A DNA stretch of 64,000 nucleotides from a virus, in IMG/VR virus record IMGVR_UViG_3300009159_008968, positions 1 through 64,000 of that record; one strand, 5' to 3'. Position 1 is the first letter of the stretch; each line of letters starts with the position of its first letter. Made by a program: the position numbers and the translations under genes. This document shows positions 9,832-19,532 of this stretch, piece after piece. Under the pieces are notes generated by a model that did no database searches, was not told the DNA's origin, and saw nothing but the letters and a program-made list of their open reading frames with translations.

Positions 9832-11700
9832 CTATTTTTCATTATTTACTCCTAATTTTATACTTGGTAGTTCTTTGTAAGCTATATCATTATCTTCTAA
9901 AAACTTTATAACATCTTTCTTAAGTCTATCTGAACCATAAATATTACAAGGACCTTTAATGCCGACAAACTCCAATCCATACTTACCCAATTCTAACACC
10001 ATCATATACTCATAAAATTCTTCTGATTTTCTTTGATAGTTATTATCGTATACATTAAAAGCTACATATTCACCTAGAGAAACTCTTCTCACATAAGAAG
10101 CAGCACAATTTTTCATTTCTGTTGCTTTAGATACAAGTTTTTCAGGAGTATCTATAACTTTTATTTTGATTGGACCTTTATTGTAATCTTCTAAATATTT
10201 AAATTTATTAGAGAAATCTATATATTTTTGATTTACTTCTTGATCACTCAGGTAGCTTCTATGTTTAACTAAGTCATCATGAAAAACTAAAAGTTTTGAG
10301 TGTTTTTTTATTTTGTAAAAGGTTTTATTAAAATCCCAGTTTAATTCTATCAACATCCTTTGACAGTCGTCATAAATATTAAAATCATATTTTGAGATGT
10401 CTTCAATATTTAATGTTTCCTCTTTAATGGCATCAATAGTTTTACAAAAATCACTTACCAAGTTTGAAAATTGTATAATTCTATCATAATTTACATCTTC
10501 CCTGAATTCAATTATTTTATATAATTCAAAAAGAAAATCTTTCTCATAAATCATACATAATCTTATTAGCTCTTCATAAGAAATGAATCTTAGATATTTA
10601 ATAAGATTTTCATAATCACTAAAATCTTGTATTTTATTGAATATAAAAGGGGAAATAACTCTATCTGCAATTTCATCTCTAACAAAAACTTTATTAGCTA
10701 CTTTAGAAACATTTCCGGAATCATTTTCAAGTCTTTTAATATTAAATTTTATGTAAAATTCTTTTCCTTGTTCATTTACATATTTATAACCAAGTTTATT
10801 TACATCATCTTGATCTAAATTTTTTTGAAGTTCTTTATTTTTAAGATTAATTAAAAAATTAAATATTTTTAACGGAGATGTTGCTCCACTTTTATTCATA
10901 AATTCTATTGTTGGTAATGGACAATTATCCATTAAATCAAATAAAAATTTAGGACCTTTATGTGTTGCTAAAGTTGATAGATTAGGATAGGTAATTACAC
11001 CAAAAAAGCTACAAATTATTTTTTTTATTACATCAATCCCAGAAGTATTTTTAATACTATCTAATAAGTCATTTACTATATTGATATTATCGGCATCAGA
11101 AACATATCTTCCAAGTTTACCAATGAATTCATGAACATAAATAAAATCTTCTGTTATTTCAACTTCTTCTATTCTGCTGAAAAATAATTTTACGGTATCA
11201 ACTATTTCATTCAAATCAACTGGCTCAAAATCTGTATTTGAAAAATCTTTAAAATAAATTTTTTGTTCTTTATTTTTTTTGGATACACTTAAAGCAGAAT
11301 ATTCAGATTCAATTTTTATTTTACCTTTAATTGATTCTGTTGCTTTAAACCTATATTTATAAAGAGCAACATATTTGCTATTCTCTACTAACTGAAATTT
11401 TTCTAAAAATTTTTGTTCTATGTTAAAAATCTTAGAATAATTTTCTACCTTAGAATAGTCTCTATTACATTTTGAACATACTGCTTTAGTTCTTCTTGTT
11501 AACTTGTTAGTGTCTATGAAATCCATTTTCAAATACTCTTCATATGAAACCTCAATTTCAAATTCAGTATCTGGTGCTTTTTCAATTAAATTACCACAAG
11601 CACAATAATATTTGTCCGATCCTACAATATCGGTACATAAACTAGAAAATATATAATTATCTTTTATATTCTCAATTAAAGATTGAACAGTTTTATTCAT
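9832..11700 (-). CDS. Large PcfJ-like domain protein with N-terminal Cys/Zn motif
   Basis: C-terminal LVSKATEMKNCAASY..G pattern; N-terminal CACG...CSKC. Confidence 0.65.
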   Translation of the reverse strand: MNKTVQSLIENIKDNYIFSSLCTDIVGSDKYYCACGNLIEKAPDTEFEIEVSYEEYLKMDFIDTNKLTRRTKAVCSKCNRDYSKVENYSKIFNIEQKFLEKFQLVENSKYVALYKYRFKATESIKGKIKIESEYSALSVSKKNKEQKIYFKDFSNTDFEPVDLNEIVDTVKLFFSRIEEVEITEDFIYVHEFIGKLGRYVSDADNINIVNDLLDSIKNTSGIDVIKKIICSFFGVITYPNLSTLATHKGPKFLFDLMDNCPLPTIEFMNKSGATSPLKIFNFLINLKNKELQKNLDQDDVNKLGYKYVNEQGKEFYIKFNIKRLENDSGNVSKVANKVFVRDEIADRVISPFIFNKIQDFSDYENLIKYLRFISYEELIRLCMIYEKDFLFELYKIIEFREDVNYDRIIQFSNLVSDFCKTIDAIKEETLNIEDISKYDFNIYDDCQRMLIELNWDFNKTFYKIKKHSKLLVFHDDLVKHRSYLSDQEVNQKYIDFSNKFKYLEDYNKGPIKIKVIDTPEKLVSKATEMKNCAASYVRRVSLGEYVAFNVYDNNYQRKSEEFYEYMMVLELGKYGLEFVGIKGPCNIYGSDRLKKDVIKFLEDNDIAYKELPSIKLGVNNEK

Positions 11701-11723
11701 AAAGCTAAAATAATAATAAAAAT

Positions 11724-11753
11724 AAAAAATCCGTATATTTCTATACGGATTTT
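11724..11753 (-). terminator. Intrinsic terminator
   Basis: AAAAAATCCGTAT-ATTTC-TATACGGATTTT. Confidence 0.7.
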
Positions 11754-11774
11754 AATTAATTTATTTTAAAATTA

Positions 11775-12497
11775 TTAACCTTTTAATTCTTTTGTTAGTT
11801 TATTTAATTCTTTTTTAAGAATTATTTTCTTAGCTAATTTCTGAGATTCTGATATAATAAGATTTTTTAACTCTTCTTTAGTATAGTTTTCCTTTAATTC
11901 AATACCATGAGCAATTCTCTGATCTGTATCACTCTTAGGAGCTTTTTGTGAAAAATCAGCTTTGTGTTGACCTGCGGTAACAGTAGTTGATTTATCTTCA
12001 GAACCAGCTTTAACAAAAGCCTTAGAACCACCTTTATAATTTTCTTTGTCCATAGTGTTCATTTTATCTTTACCTTTTTCAAGATAAGGTTTAGAAACAT
12101 CTTTTTTAGGACCGTCAGTTTTGGAATCAAAATTAGCTTTAGCTTGACCTGTAGTTACATCATTGCCACCTTTTTTAACACCAGCTTTAACAAAAACTGC
12201 AGTTCTTACATCGTCATCACTAGGTTTTCCAGTTTCTGACATTTTAACTTCTGTAGGAAGAGTATCTCCTTCATAAGGAGCAACTTCAATTCCCGGACCT
12301 TTTTTATATTGGCTTTTTTCTTTAGTTTTCATAACTAAAGCTTGATCCTTATCACTAGGTTTTGCTTCATGACCCATTTTCATTTCATGTGCTTGACCTA
12401 CTTTTTCATATTGTTCAGAAAATTGTTGTTTTAGCTTTAACGCTTCAGTTTGAATGAATTTAACTAATTCTTCTTTAGAAATTTTTTGATTTTTCAT
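11775..12497 (-). CDS. Putative internal head protein with internal duplication
   Basis: ISKEELVKFIQTE at the N-terminus and YTKEELKNLIISE near the C-terminus; AxFVKAG..VTxGQxKAxF occurs twice. Confidence 0.5.
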   Translation of the reverse strand: MKNQKISKEELVKFIQTEALKLKQQFSEQYEKVGQAHEMKMGHEAKPSDKDQALVMKTKEKSQYKKGPGIEVAPYEGDTLPTEVKMSETGKPSDDDVRTAVFVKAGVKKGGNDVTTGQAKANFDSKTDGPKKDVSKPYLEKGKDKMNTMDKENYKGGSKAFVKAGSEDKSTTVTAGQHKADFSQKAPKSDTDQRIAHGIELKENYTKEELKNLIISESQKLAKKIILKKELNKLTKELKG

Positions 12498-12542
12498 TTT
12501 TAAGATATTTAAAAATAAATATGTAAAAATTTAAAAATATCG

Positions 12543-13082
12543 TTATCTACAATTGGTCCAATCAAAATTTTTTGTAAAAATTACTTTTATTTTTGGATTT
12601 ATATTCATTTTGGACTCTTGGATTTCCTCTAAATAGCTTTCTGGGGATTTTTTTAAAGGAAAAATTAGCTTTTCCATTTTATGTCCACCCATTATATGTG
12701 CATTAACTATTTTATTGCCCCATCTACATGCTAAAATAAGATTTAATTGAGAAAAAGAAGAATTGGCTAATTTAACCCAATCATTTTTTACAGCAATATC
12801 AAAATGCTTTATGGTATGACACGCATCACACAAGATTATAGTGTTTAACTGATCATAATCTTTTACGAGATCAATATTTGAATCGTATGGTAAAACATGA
12901 ACATTTAATTTAGGATTCAAATTTATTCTACTAAAACCGACTTCTGGTTCCGGATAATTACAGCAAGCACATTTATTTGGTTGAGAATTAATTGTTTTTT
13001 TTCTTAATTCACTCCATTTATCTTTTCCTATAATCTCAACTATCTTCTTTTCAGAAGGAGATATTTCTATGTTTAAATTCAT
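12543..13082 (-). CDS. HNH-like / zinc-binding nuclease-fold protein
   Basis: CACC..VH..N..LCDACHTIKH. Confidence 0.55.
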   Translation of the reverse strand: MNLNIEISPSEKKIVEIIGKDKWSELRKKTINSQPNKCACCNYPEPEVGFSRINLNPKLNVHVLPYDSNIDLVKDYDQLNTIILCDACHTIKHFDIAVKNDWVKLANSSFSQLNLILACRWGNKIVNAHIMGGHKMEKLIFPLKKSPESYLEEIQESKMNINPKIKVIFTKNFDWTNCR

Positions 13083-13126
13083 AAGTTTTTAGAGCTGAAA
13101 ACAAAAATAATAAAAAAAATTATAAT

Positions 13127-13681
13127 TTACTTATTCTTGAAACAAAAAATTAGATTATTATTATGTTCCATAAAAAACCAATCTTCTTTTAAAGGGGCTT
13201 TTCTAAAATGTGTATATTTGTAATAAGAAGCTTTTGGAATCCAAGATTCAACATATTTTTGAGCAATATTAAAATTTTTAATATTTTCTTGAAAATCCTT
13301 TTTAGTTATTTTTTTTACAATTTTTTGCTTTTTTAGGCTATAAAAAAAGTCTTTTGGATTCTTTTCATATTTAGGCATTTCAAGAAATTGACCATCTTTG
13401 TCTAGTTCAGAATTATCAAAAAAGAAATCTTTTAAATAATCTCCATGTCTAACCATAATGTCTAACATTATTGGGAAAATTTGTGTTTGATCGATTTTGT
13501 GAGTTTTCCACAAATCATTAAGACATTCTATTTCTTTCTTTAGATCATTATTGTTTTCAATCCCATTTTGAAATTTTTGATCAAATCTTATACTTAATTC
13601 ATGAACATGAACCCTAAACAGTTCCTGACCATTCAATTGATTTGATATAACCAGTATAACCAACTTGGGATCTATCTCCAT
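13127..13681 (-). CDS. Hypothetical protein
   Basis: ORF only. Confidence 0.5.
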   Translation of the reverse strand: MEIDPKLVILVISNQLNGQELFRVHVHELSIRFDQKFQNGIENNNDLKKEIECLNDLWKTHKIDQTQIFPIMLDIMVRHGDYLKDFFFDNSELDKDGQFLEMPKYEKNPKDFFYSLKKQKIVKKITKKDFQENIKNFNIAQKYVESWIPKASYYKYTHFRKAPLKEDWFFMEHNNNLIFCFKNK

Positions 13682-13767
13682 TTAATAAATTTAGAATTTA
13701 TAATAAATATTAGCAAGATTTTGTAAAATAAAATTTTTAATATATTTATTACTAAATAATTTGAATC

Positions 13768-14268
13768 ATGAAAATTTCACAAACAGAATTAAAACAAATA
13801 ATAAAAGAAGAAGTTGAAAGATATAAAAAGATAAAACTTCTTGAAAATAAGAAAAAAGCCATTCTTCGTCAACTAAACGAAATGAAAGTTTGTCAAGAGT
13901 GCGGAACTAAATATGAAGAATCTATGGAAGAATCTATGGAAGAAGGTTCTGACAAAATGGTTGACGAAATTCTTAGTAGTCTTTTTGGGAAAAAAGATCC
14001 AGCTGCTAAAAAAGCTGAAATGAAAGCTTTTATTTTAAAACACCCTACTTATAGAGAAGTTCCGGGCGATATTGCTGATAAATTTAAAAAAGATGAAGCG
14101 CACATTTTAGATCAATTAGTTGATTTTTTCACTAAAGAGGGAATTTTGGCCGATAACAAATTATCTGGAATTAAATCATTTGTTTTTGATCCTAAATCTG
14201 ATTCTTTTGTAAACAAAACAAAAACTAGTATGCCTTATGGTCCTTCTTCTGGCAAAGGAGAAATATAA
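13768..14268 (+). CDS. Putative internal head protein
   Basis: N-terminal MKISQTELKQIIKEE; TATTTAT upstream. Confidence 0.55.
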   Translation: MKISQTELKQIIKEEVERYKKIKLLENKKKAILRQLNEMKVCQECGTKYEESMEESMEEGSDKMVDEILSSLFGKKDPAAKKAEMKAFILKHPTYREVPGDIADKFKKDEAHILDQLVDFFTKEGILADNKLSGIKSFVFDPKSDSFVNKTKTSMPYGPSSGKGEI

Positions 14269-14288
14269 TAAAATAAATCAATAAAAGT

Positions 14289-14316
14289 AAAGGGGGAAAT
14301 ATTTCCCCCTTTTTTT
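14289..14316. terminator. Bidirectional terminator
   Basis: AAAGGGGGAA-ATAT-TTCCCCCTTTTTTT between convergent genes. Confidence 0.8.
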
Positions 14317-14629
14317 ATCCAGCAATTTTTTTGAAAACATCTTCACCGGTTTGCTCTTGAATTAAAAGCATTCTTAGAAAACTTTGAATTGCATTGTGAA
14401 CTTCAATCATTCCAACTAATTTATTATACCTTCTTACAGATAAGAAACCAACCACAAAAAAAGCAATCGCAACAATAAAGTTCGCTATTACTAAACTATA
14501 AATAAACATTATTACACATATGACAGCAAAATAAAAAATATTATTAGCTTCTTTTAGGTATTTTAAGGCCATTTCCTCTTGTTCAGCAATATCCCTTTTT
14601 AACTCCTCAATATTAATTTTTAATTCCAT
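14315..14629 (-). CDS. Small membrane protein
   Basis: Central hydrophobic hairpin. Confidence 0.55.
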   Translation of the reverse strand: MELKINIEELKRDIAEQEEMALKYLKEANNIFYFAVICVIMFIYSLVIANFIVAIAFFVVGFLSVRRYNKLVGMIEVHNAIQSFLRMLLIQEQTGEDVFKKIAG

Positions 14630-14684
14630 AGTTTGTTGTTTTTTATAATTTAAACGAAAAAAATCAAATTTTGTTACACAAGTG

Positions 14685-14723
14685 AAAAAACCCCCTAAAA
14701 ATCAATATTTTAGAGGGTTTTTT
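14685..14723 (-). terminator. Intrinsic terminator
   Basis: AAAAAACCCCCTAAAA..TTTTAGAGGGTTTTTT. Confidence 0.65.
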
Positions 14724-14739
14724 ATTTTTAAATTTAAAA

Positions 14740-15084
14740 TTACTTAGCGGTGTTCAAAGTATATTCTTTGATAAATACCTGTAAAAAGACGTTAATTGCT
14801 AAAATAATAGTATTAACTGTCATTGCATCAATTAAGCCTGCAGATCCTACTGCTGTTAATAATTGTAATACAATACCTGTAACATTAGTAATCCACATGA
14901 TTTTGGACCATCCATTAGGCAAAGTACCAGAAGGGAAAAACGTTGAAAGTGCCAAAGTTGCCCCCATTGATAAGATACCTAACCATGCTTGAGCTGTGGC
15001 ACCAAACATACCAGAATAAGCACCGATCATTAATACTAATACAGTTAAGATTTGTACTGCTAGAGATTTTTTTTGTGTAATCAT
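14740..15084 (-). CDS. Multi-pass membrane protein, holin candidate
   Basis: About four hydrophobic helices in 114 aa, next to the endolysin cluster. Confidence 0.45.
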   Translation of the reverse strand: MITQKKSLAVQILTVLVLMIGAYSGMFGATAQAWLGILSMGATLALSTFFPSGTLPNGWSKIMWITNVTGIVLQLLTAVGSAGLIDAMTVNTIILAINVFLQVFIKEYTLNTAK

Positions 15085-15227
15085 TTTTTTAAGATTTTAA
15101 AGGTTTGAATTTATAAATAGTGCTAAATAAATTTACCTAACCTCTTAAAAAGTTTCTTCACTTTTAATCTTATTTTTTTTCTATTTATAATAAATAAACA
15201 CACTATTTATTATAAAAATATTGTAAA

Positions 15228-15833
15228 ATGAAACTTAAACAAAGTTTACACGAATGTAATTGTGGTTGCGAAAAATGTCAAACTCCACAAAAAACTGAGG
15301 GGGCACACTATAAAACGAAACTTAAAAAGATAATTGAGAACTCTTATTTAATACATCAAATCATATCTGACTTTTCTGATTTACCAGCATGGATTCAAGA
15401 TAAAATAACAATTGCTGATCATAACATGGGAGCAATTATTGATTATTTAGAAACAGAAATGGAGATGAATTATTCATGGGAAGAAGTTCAACAAAATCCA
15501 AAATTTATTGAAATGACTGATATGAATATGGATGGAATGTTAGAAGAAGCTGATTATAGAGGAAGAAATGTAAAATTAGGAAGACCTTTTAGAACAGCGG
15601 GTGGCCCTAAGAAATTTTCAGTTTATGTAAAAAATAAATCTGGAAATATTGTAAAAGTAAATTTTGGAGATCCTAATATGAGAATTAAAAATGCAGATCC
15701 AAAAAGAGCGAAATCTTTTAGAGCTAGACATAAATGTGATCAAAAGAAAGATCGTACTACTCCGGGGTACTGGAGTTGTAATGTAGGAAGATATAAAGAT
15801 GCCTTGGGTTTAACATCTTCAAGAAATTGGTAA
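15228..15833 (+). CDS. Conserved phage protein, putative virion protein
   Basis: LPAWIQDKIT and KKFSVYVKN..VKVNFGDPNMRIK..RAKSFRARHKC patterns typical of large myoviruses. Confidence 0.55.
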   Translation: MKLKQSLHECNCGCEKCQTPQKTEGAHYKTKLKKIIENSYLIHQIISDFSDLPAWIQDKITIADHNMGAIIDYLETEMEMNYSWEEVQQNPKFIEMTDMNMDGMLEEADYRGRNVKLGRPFRTAGGPKKFSVYVKNKSGNIVKVNFGDPNMRIKNADPKRAKSFRARHKCDQKKDRTTPGYWSCNVGRYKDALGLTSSRNW

Positions 15834-15871
15834 AAAAAAATACTATTTAAATAAAAAATAAAAAAAACAAT

Positions 15872-16468
15872 ATGGATACAAACAAATTAAAAGGAAAAAT
15901 ACCTGATGCGGTATTAGAACAATTACCTACAGTAATGTCAAAATTTGAACTTAACACGCCTTTGCGTCTATCACATTTCTTAGCTCAATGTGCTCATGAA
16001 TCAGGTCATTTTAAAGTTTTACAAGAAAATTTAAATTATTCAGCACAAGGATTACAAGGAGTATTTGGAAAATATTTTCCGGGAAACTTAGAAGAGTCAT
16101 ATGCTAGACAGCCACAAAAAATTGCAAGCAGAGTTTATGCAAGTAGAATGGGTAATGGTGATGAGGCTTCTGGAGATGGATATAAATACAGAGGCAGAGG
16201 AGCAATTCAATTGACAGGGAAAGATAATTATAAAGCATTTTCTGCGGCTATAAACGAAGATTGTGTTGCAAATCCTGATTTAGTTTCTTCTAAATATTCA
16301 TTAGTTTCTGCTGCATGGTTTTTCCATAAAAATGGATTACACAAAATAGCTGATGGTGGTGCTACTGATGCTGTTGTGACTTCTGTAACAAAAAGGGTAA
16401 ACGGTGGAACAAACGGATTAAGTGAAAGGATAAAAGAATTTAAAAGTTTTTATTCATTACTTGCATAA
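15872..16468 (+). CDS. GH19 (chitinase-like) endolysin
   Basis: HFLAQCAHESG, ENLNYS, YRGRGAIQLTGKDNY, SAAWFF, VNGGTNGL. Confidence 0.92.
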   Translation: MDTNKLKGKIPDAVLEQLPTVMSKFELNTPLRLSHFLAQCAHESGHFKVLQENLNYSAQGLQGVFGKYFPGNLEESYARQPQKIASRVYASRMGNGDEASGDGYKYRGRGAIQLTGKDNYKAFSAAINEDCVANPDLVSSKYSLVSAAWFFHKNGLHKIADGGATDAVVTSVTKRVNGGTNGLSERIKEFKSFYSLLA

Positions 16469-16479
16469 AAAAATATAAT

Positions 16480-17157
16480 ATGAACTTATTAAACAAAGAC
16501 ACTGATTTGGCGAAATATGACTTTTCGCCAAGCCAGTATTATCCCGAAGAACATCCTAAAACCCAAATTTATTTACACCATACTGCAGGAAACTCAAATG
16601 GTTTTAATGTATTTAAAGATTGGGAATCAAATCCCGAAAAAATTGCTACTTGTGTAACGATTTGTGGCAAATCATCTAAAAATGAATTTAAAGATGGTCA
16701 AATTGTTCAAGGTTATAGTTCTAAAAAATGGGCTTATCATTTAGGGTTAAAAGAATCAACATTTCATAACTTTAATGTACCTTATAAATCTTTAGATAAA
16801 GTTTCAATTGGAATAGAAGTTTGTAATTGGGGACAATTGACTTATAAAGGTGGAAAATACTATACTTATGTTAATAGTGTTGTTCCTGCCTCAGAAGTCA
16901 TTGAATTATCCACTCCACATAGAGGATATAAATTTTATCATGCTTATACTGATGCACAAATTATATCAGTAGAGAAACTTTTAAGGTATTGGGGAACACT
17001 TTACAACATTCCATTAAAATACAATGCTGATATCTGGGATGTTTGTCCTAGAGCTTTAAAAGGCGAATCAGGTGTTTTCACACACAACAGTGTCCGTTAC
17101 GACAAGGTTGACGTGTCACCACAACCGAAACTTATAGAAATGCTTAAAACATTATGA
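16480..17157 (+). CDS. N-acetylmuramoyl-L-alanine amidase (Amidase_2)
   Basis: IYLHHTAG, WAYHLG, SIGIEVCNWG, FTHNSVRYDKVD. Confidence 0.85.
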   Translation: MNLLNKDTDLAKYDFSPSQYYPEEHPKTQIYLHHTAGNSNGFNVFKDWESNPEKIATCVTICGKSSKNEFKDGQIVQGYSSKKWAYHLGLKESTFHNFNVPYKSLDKVSIGIEVCNWGQLTYKGGKYYTYVNSVVPASEVIELSTPHRGYKFYHAYTDAQIISVEKLLRYWGTLYNIPLKYNADIWDVCPRALKGESGVFTHNSVRYDKVDVSPQPKLIEMLKTL

Positions 17158-17759
17158 AAAAAATATATTTATTCTTTGCAACTTTATTGTTTGTTTTTTT
17201 TTCTACCTCATTCTCTTATTCTCAAAAAAATTCTATAAAAATTGAGAAAGAAAATTACACTTGCTATTTTGATACAATACTAAAACAACCTTTAGTTGTT
17301 ATGTACAAATTATACAAAGGTGGAGGAGATTGTTCGAGAGCTGGGTTTAGTTTTAAAAATGATTTACCAAATGTTAAAACAGCAACTCAAGCTGATTATG
17401 CTAAATCAGGATATGATAGAGGTCACTTAGCTAATGCTGAAGATTTTGCATATGATTGCAAATTAGATGAACTTACATTCAGATATTATAATTGTTTACC
17501 ACAATCAAAAAATCTAAATAGAGGATTATGGAAACAAAAAGAAGAAGAAACTAGACAACTAAGTCAAATAGATACAATTGTAGTGATTTGTTTCGGAAGA
17601 GATTTCTTTCAAGACAATAAATTAAACGTACCTAGATACTGTGGTAAAGTTGTAAAAGAAAAAAACGGAAAGATTCATTATTGGCTTTTTGATCAAAATG
17701 GAACTTTATTATATCCAGATAAAAATATTTTGAAAGAATATTTAAAATATCTATATTAG
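17154..17759 (+). CDS. DNA/RNA non-specific endonuclease with signal peptide
   Basis: DYAKSGYDRGH and TFRYYNCLPQ..LNRGLWKQKEE; hydrophobic N-terminus. Confidence 0.88.
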   Translation: MKKIYLFFATLLFVFFSTSFSYSQKNSIKIEKENYTCYFDTILKQPLVVMYKLYKGGGDCSRAGFSFKNDLPNVKTATQADYAKSGYDRGHLANAEDFAYDCKLDELTFRYYNCLPQSKNLNRGLWKQKEEETRQLSQIDTIVVICFGRDFFQDNKLNVPRYCGKVVKEKNGKIHYWLFDQNGTLLYPDKNILKEYLKYLY

Positions 17760-17763
17760 TAAT

Positions 17764-18402
17764 ATGGAGTTATTACCATATGAAGAAGAATTTAATGATA
17801 TTTTTTATTTAAGAACTTTTAATCAGGATACACCAGATCAAGAATTAAAATGGCATTTTGATGATGAGAATAGAAAATTTATTCCAACAAAAGGAGATAA
17901 TTGGAAGATTCAAATTGATGAATCATTGCCAGAGGAATTAATTATAGGAAAAGAATATTTTATTCCTGTTGATGTGTATCACCGAATTATAAAAGGAAAT
18001 GGAGATTTAGAAATTAAGTTATATAAACTTGATTCGATTAAAGGAGAATATCCAAAACATACAAGAACATACTTAGAAGATAAAAGGTTTTCAGATAATT
18101 TTTTGTATCATATAAATAACAATATCAAACTTTATCAAAATATTTTTAGATATGGATCTGATGCTTGGTGTGATATAGTACAAGAAGTAAAAGAACTGTA
18201 TGAGAAAGATCTTATTGAACTTGATGAAGAAGAGATGGAATTAGTAAATAATGATTCCGGAAAAATTGTTTTTATTGATAATCAAAAATACATTCTAAAC
18301 ACACCTTTTAAAAATACAGATAACAATTCAGAACATGAGTTTTTTGTTTATATTTGTGATGACGATAAAACAATAAGAAAAATAAATTTTAATGCAGAAT
18401 AA
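17764..18402 (+). CDS. Hypothetical protein with N-terminal cupin-like domain
   Basis: ELKWHFD...YHRIIKG His pattern. Confidence 0.5.
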   Translation: MELLPYEEEFNDIFYLRTFNQDTPDQELKWHFDDENRKFIPTKGDNWKIQIDESLPEELIIGKEYFIPVDVYHRIIKGNGDLEIKLYKLDSIKGEYPKHTRTYLEDKRFSDNFLYHINNNIKLYQNIFRYGSDAWCDIVQEVKELYEKDLIELDEEEMELVNNDSGKIVFIDNQKYILNTPFKNTDNNSEHEFFVYICDDDKTIRKINFNAE

Positions 18403-18916
18403 TTTTAAAAATTTAACACTTTCCATTCTATTGATTTTGGTTTGTGTTTCTAGATTAATTCCACATCCTTACAATTTCAGTCCTGTTGCAAGTATATTTA
18501 TAATGGCTCCTTTATTATTTAATAATAAAAGATGGTCTTTGACTGTTTCTTTTATTCCATTAATAATAAGCGATATGTTAATTGGTAAATTTTTATATCA
18601 CTCTGAAAACTTAATTTATGATGGATTTATCTGGGTTTATTTTTCATATTTTTTGATGTGGTTATTCTCTCAAAAAATAGGAAACACAAAAGGTTTTATC
18701 ATAAATAACTTATCAGCATCGTTGATCTTTTTTTTAATTACCAATGCCGGATGTTGGATAAATAACCCAATGTATAGTCAAAATGTTTTTGGTTTATTTG
18801 AAAGTTATATTGCTGGAATTCCTTTTTACTGGAATACTTTAGCAGGAATTTTGTTTTATTCATCAATAGTTTATTTGATGGAAAAAGGCATAAACAAAAT
18901 TTCTTTCTCTAATTAA
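18392..18916 (+). CDS. DUF6580-type (ECF S-component-like) membrane protein, predicted cobalamin transporter
   Basis: SRLIPHPYNFSPVA, FFLITNAGCW and YIAGIPFYWN; about six TM helices. Confidence 0.7.
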   Translation: MQNNFKNLTLSILLILVCVSRLIPHPYNFSPVASIFIMAPLLFNNKRWSLTVSFIPLIISDMLIGKFLYHSENLIYDGFIWVYFSYFLMWLFSQKIGNTKGFIINNLSASLIFFLITNAGCWINNPMYSQNVFGLFESYIAGIPFYWNTLAGILFYSSIVYLMEKGINKISFSN

Positions 18917-19434
18917 TGAGAATATTTTTCTGAATGCAGAAGAGAATATAGATATTCAAACATTTCGTGATATTGGCTATTGTAAAGTTGAGATTCAAAT
19001 TCATGAAATTCTTCTTTATATTTTTCAAACATATCACTTGATTGACTTTTTGAATATTCTGCATTAGCAATTCTATCACAAATTTTTACAAAAGTTGCAT
19101 ATGGAACTGCTCTTATTCCTGCATAATATTTATCATTTGCCCTCTCCTTTCTGTTTTTACCTTTTTCATTAGTAAGAGCATAAACAATTTCTGCTACTTC
19201 AATACCTAGTTGTGATTTTACATCATTATATGTAACACGAGTATCTTCAATAAGATCATGAGCCCAACATGAAGCTAAAACTATTTCTTGTTCTGAATTA
19301 GGAATTAAAGAAATAAATTTCTTTGCTATTTCAACAACCATATTTAAATGAAATTCATATGGCAAATCATCGTAGAAATGATTTGTTGATTGATGGCAGT
19401 TTACTGAATAATTTTTAGCGTGATCTTCTAACAT
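18913..19434 (-). CDS. HD-domain hydrolase, Mesh1/SpoT-like small alarmone hydrolase
   Basis: LPYEFHL, AHDLIEDT, EIVYALT, VKICDRIAN. Confidence 0.8.
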   Translation of the reverse strand: MLEDHAKNYSVNCHQSTNHFYDDLPYEFHLNMVVEIAKKFISLIPNSEQEIVLASCWAHDLIEDTRVTYNDVKSQLGIEVAEIVYALTNEKGKNRKERANDKYYAGIRAVPYATFVKICDRIANAEYSKSQSSDMFEKYKEEFHEFESQLYNSQYHEMFEYLYSLLHSEKYSH

Positions 19435-19484
19435 GTTTTTAATATATAAATCTAAAAGTAAAGATACTAAAAAAATACAAAATT

Positions 19485-19515
19485 AAAAACCCCGAACCTT
19501 TTGGATCCGGGGTTT
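19485..19515 (-). terminator. Intrinsic terminator closing the ncRNA operon
   Basis: Minus strand AAACCCCGGATCC-AAAA-GGTTCGGGGTTTTT, about 18 nt after the 3' end of RNA B. Confidence 0.8.
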
Positions 19516-19532
19516 AAATTTTTTAATAAAAT

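Noticed and set aside
18300-18392. Cobalamin riboswitch upstream of the DUF6580 gene
   Set aside because: The gene overlaps the upstream CDS, so there is no leader, and no B12-box is visible.
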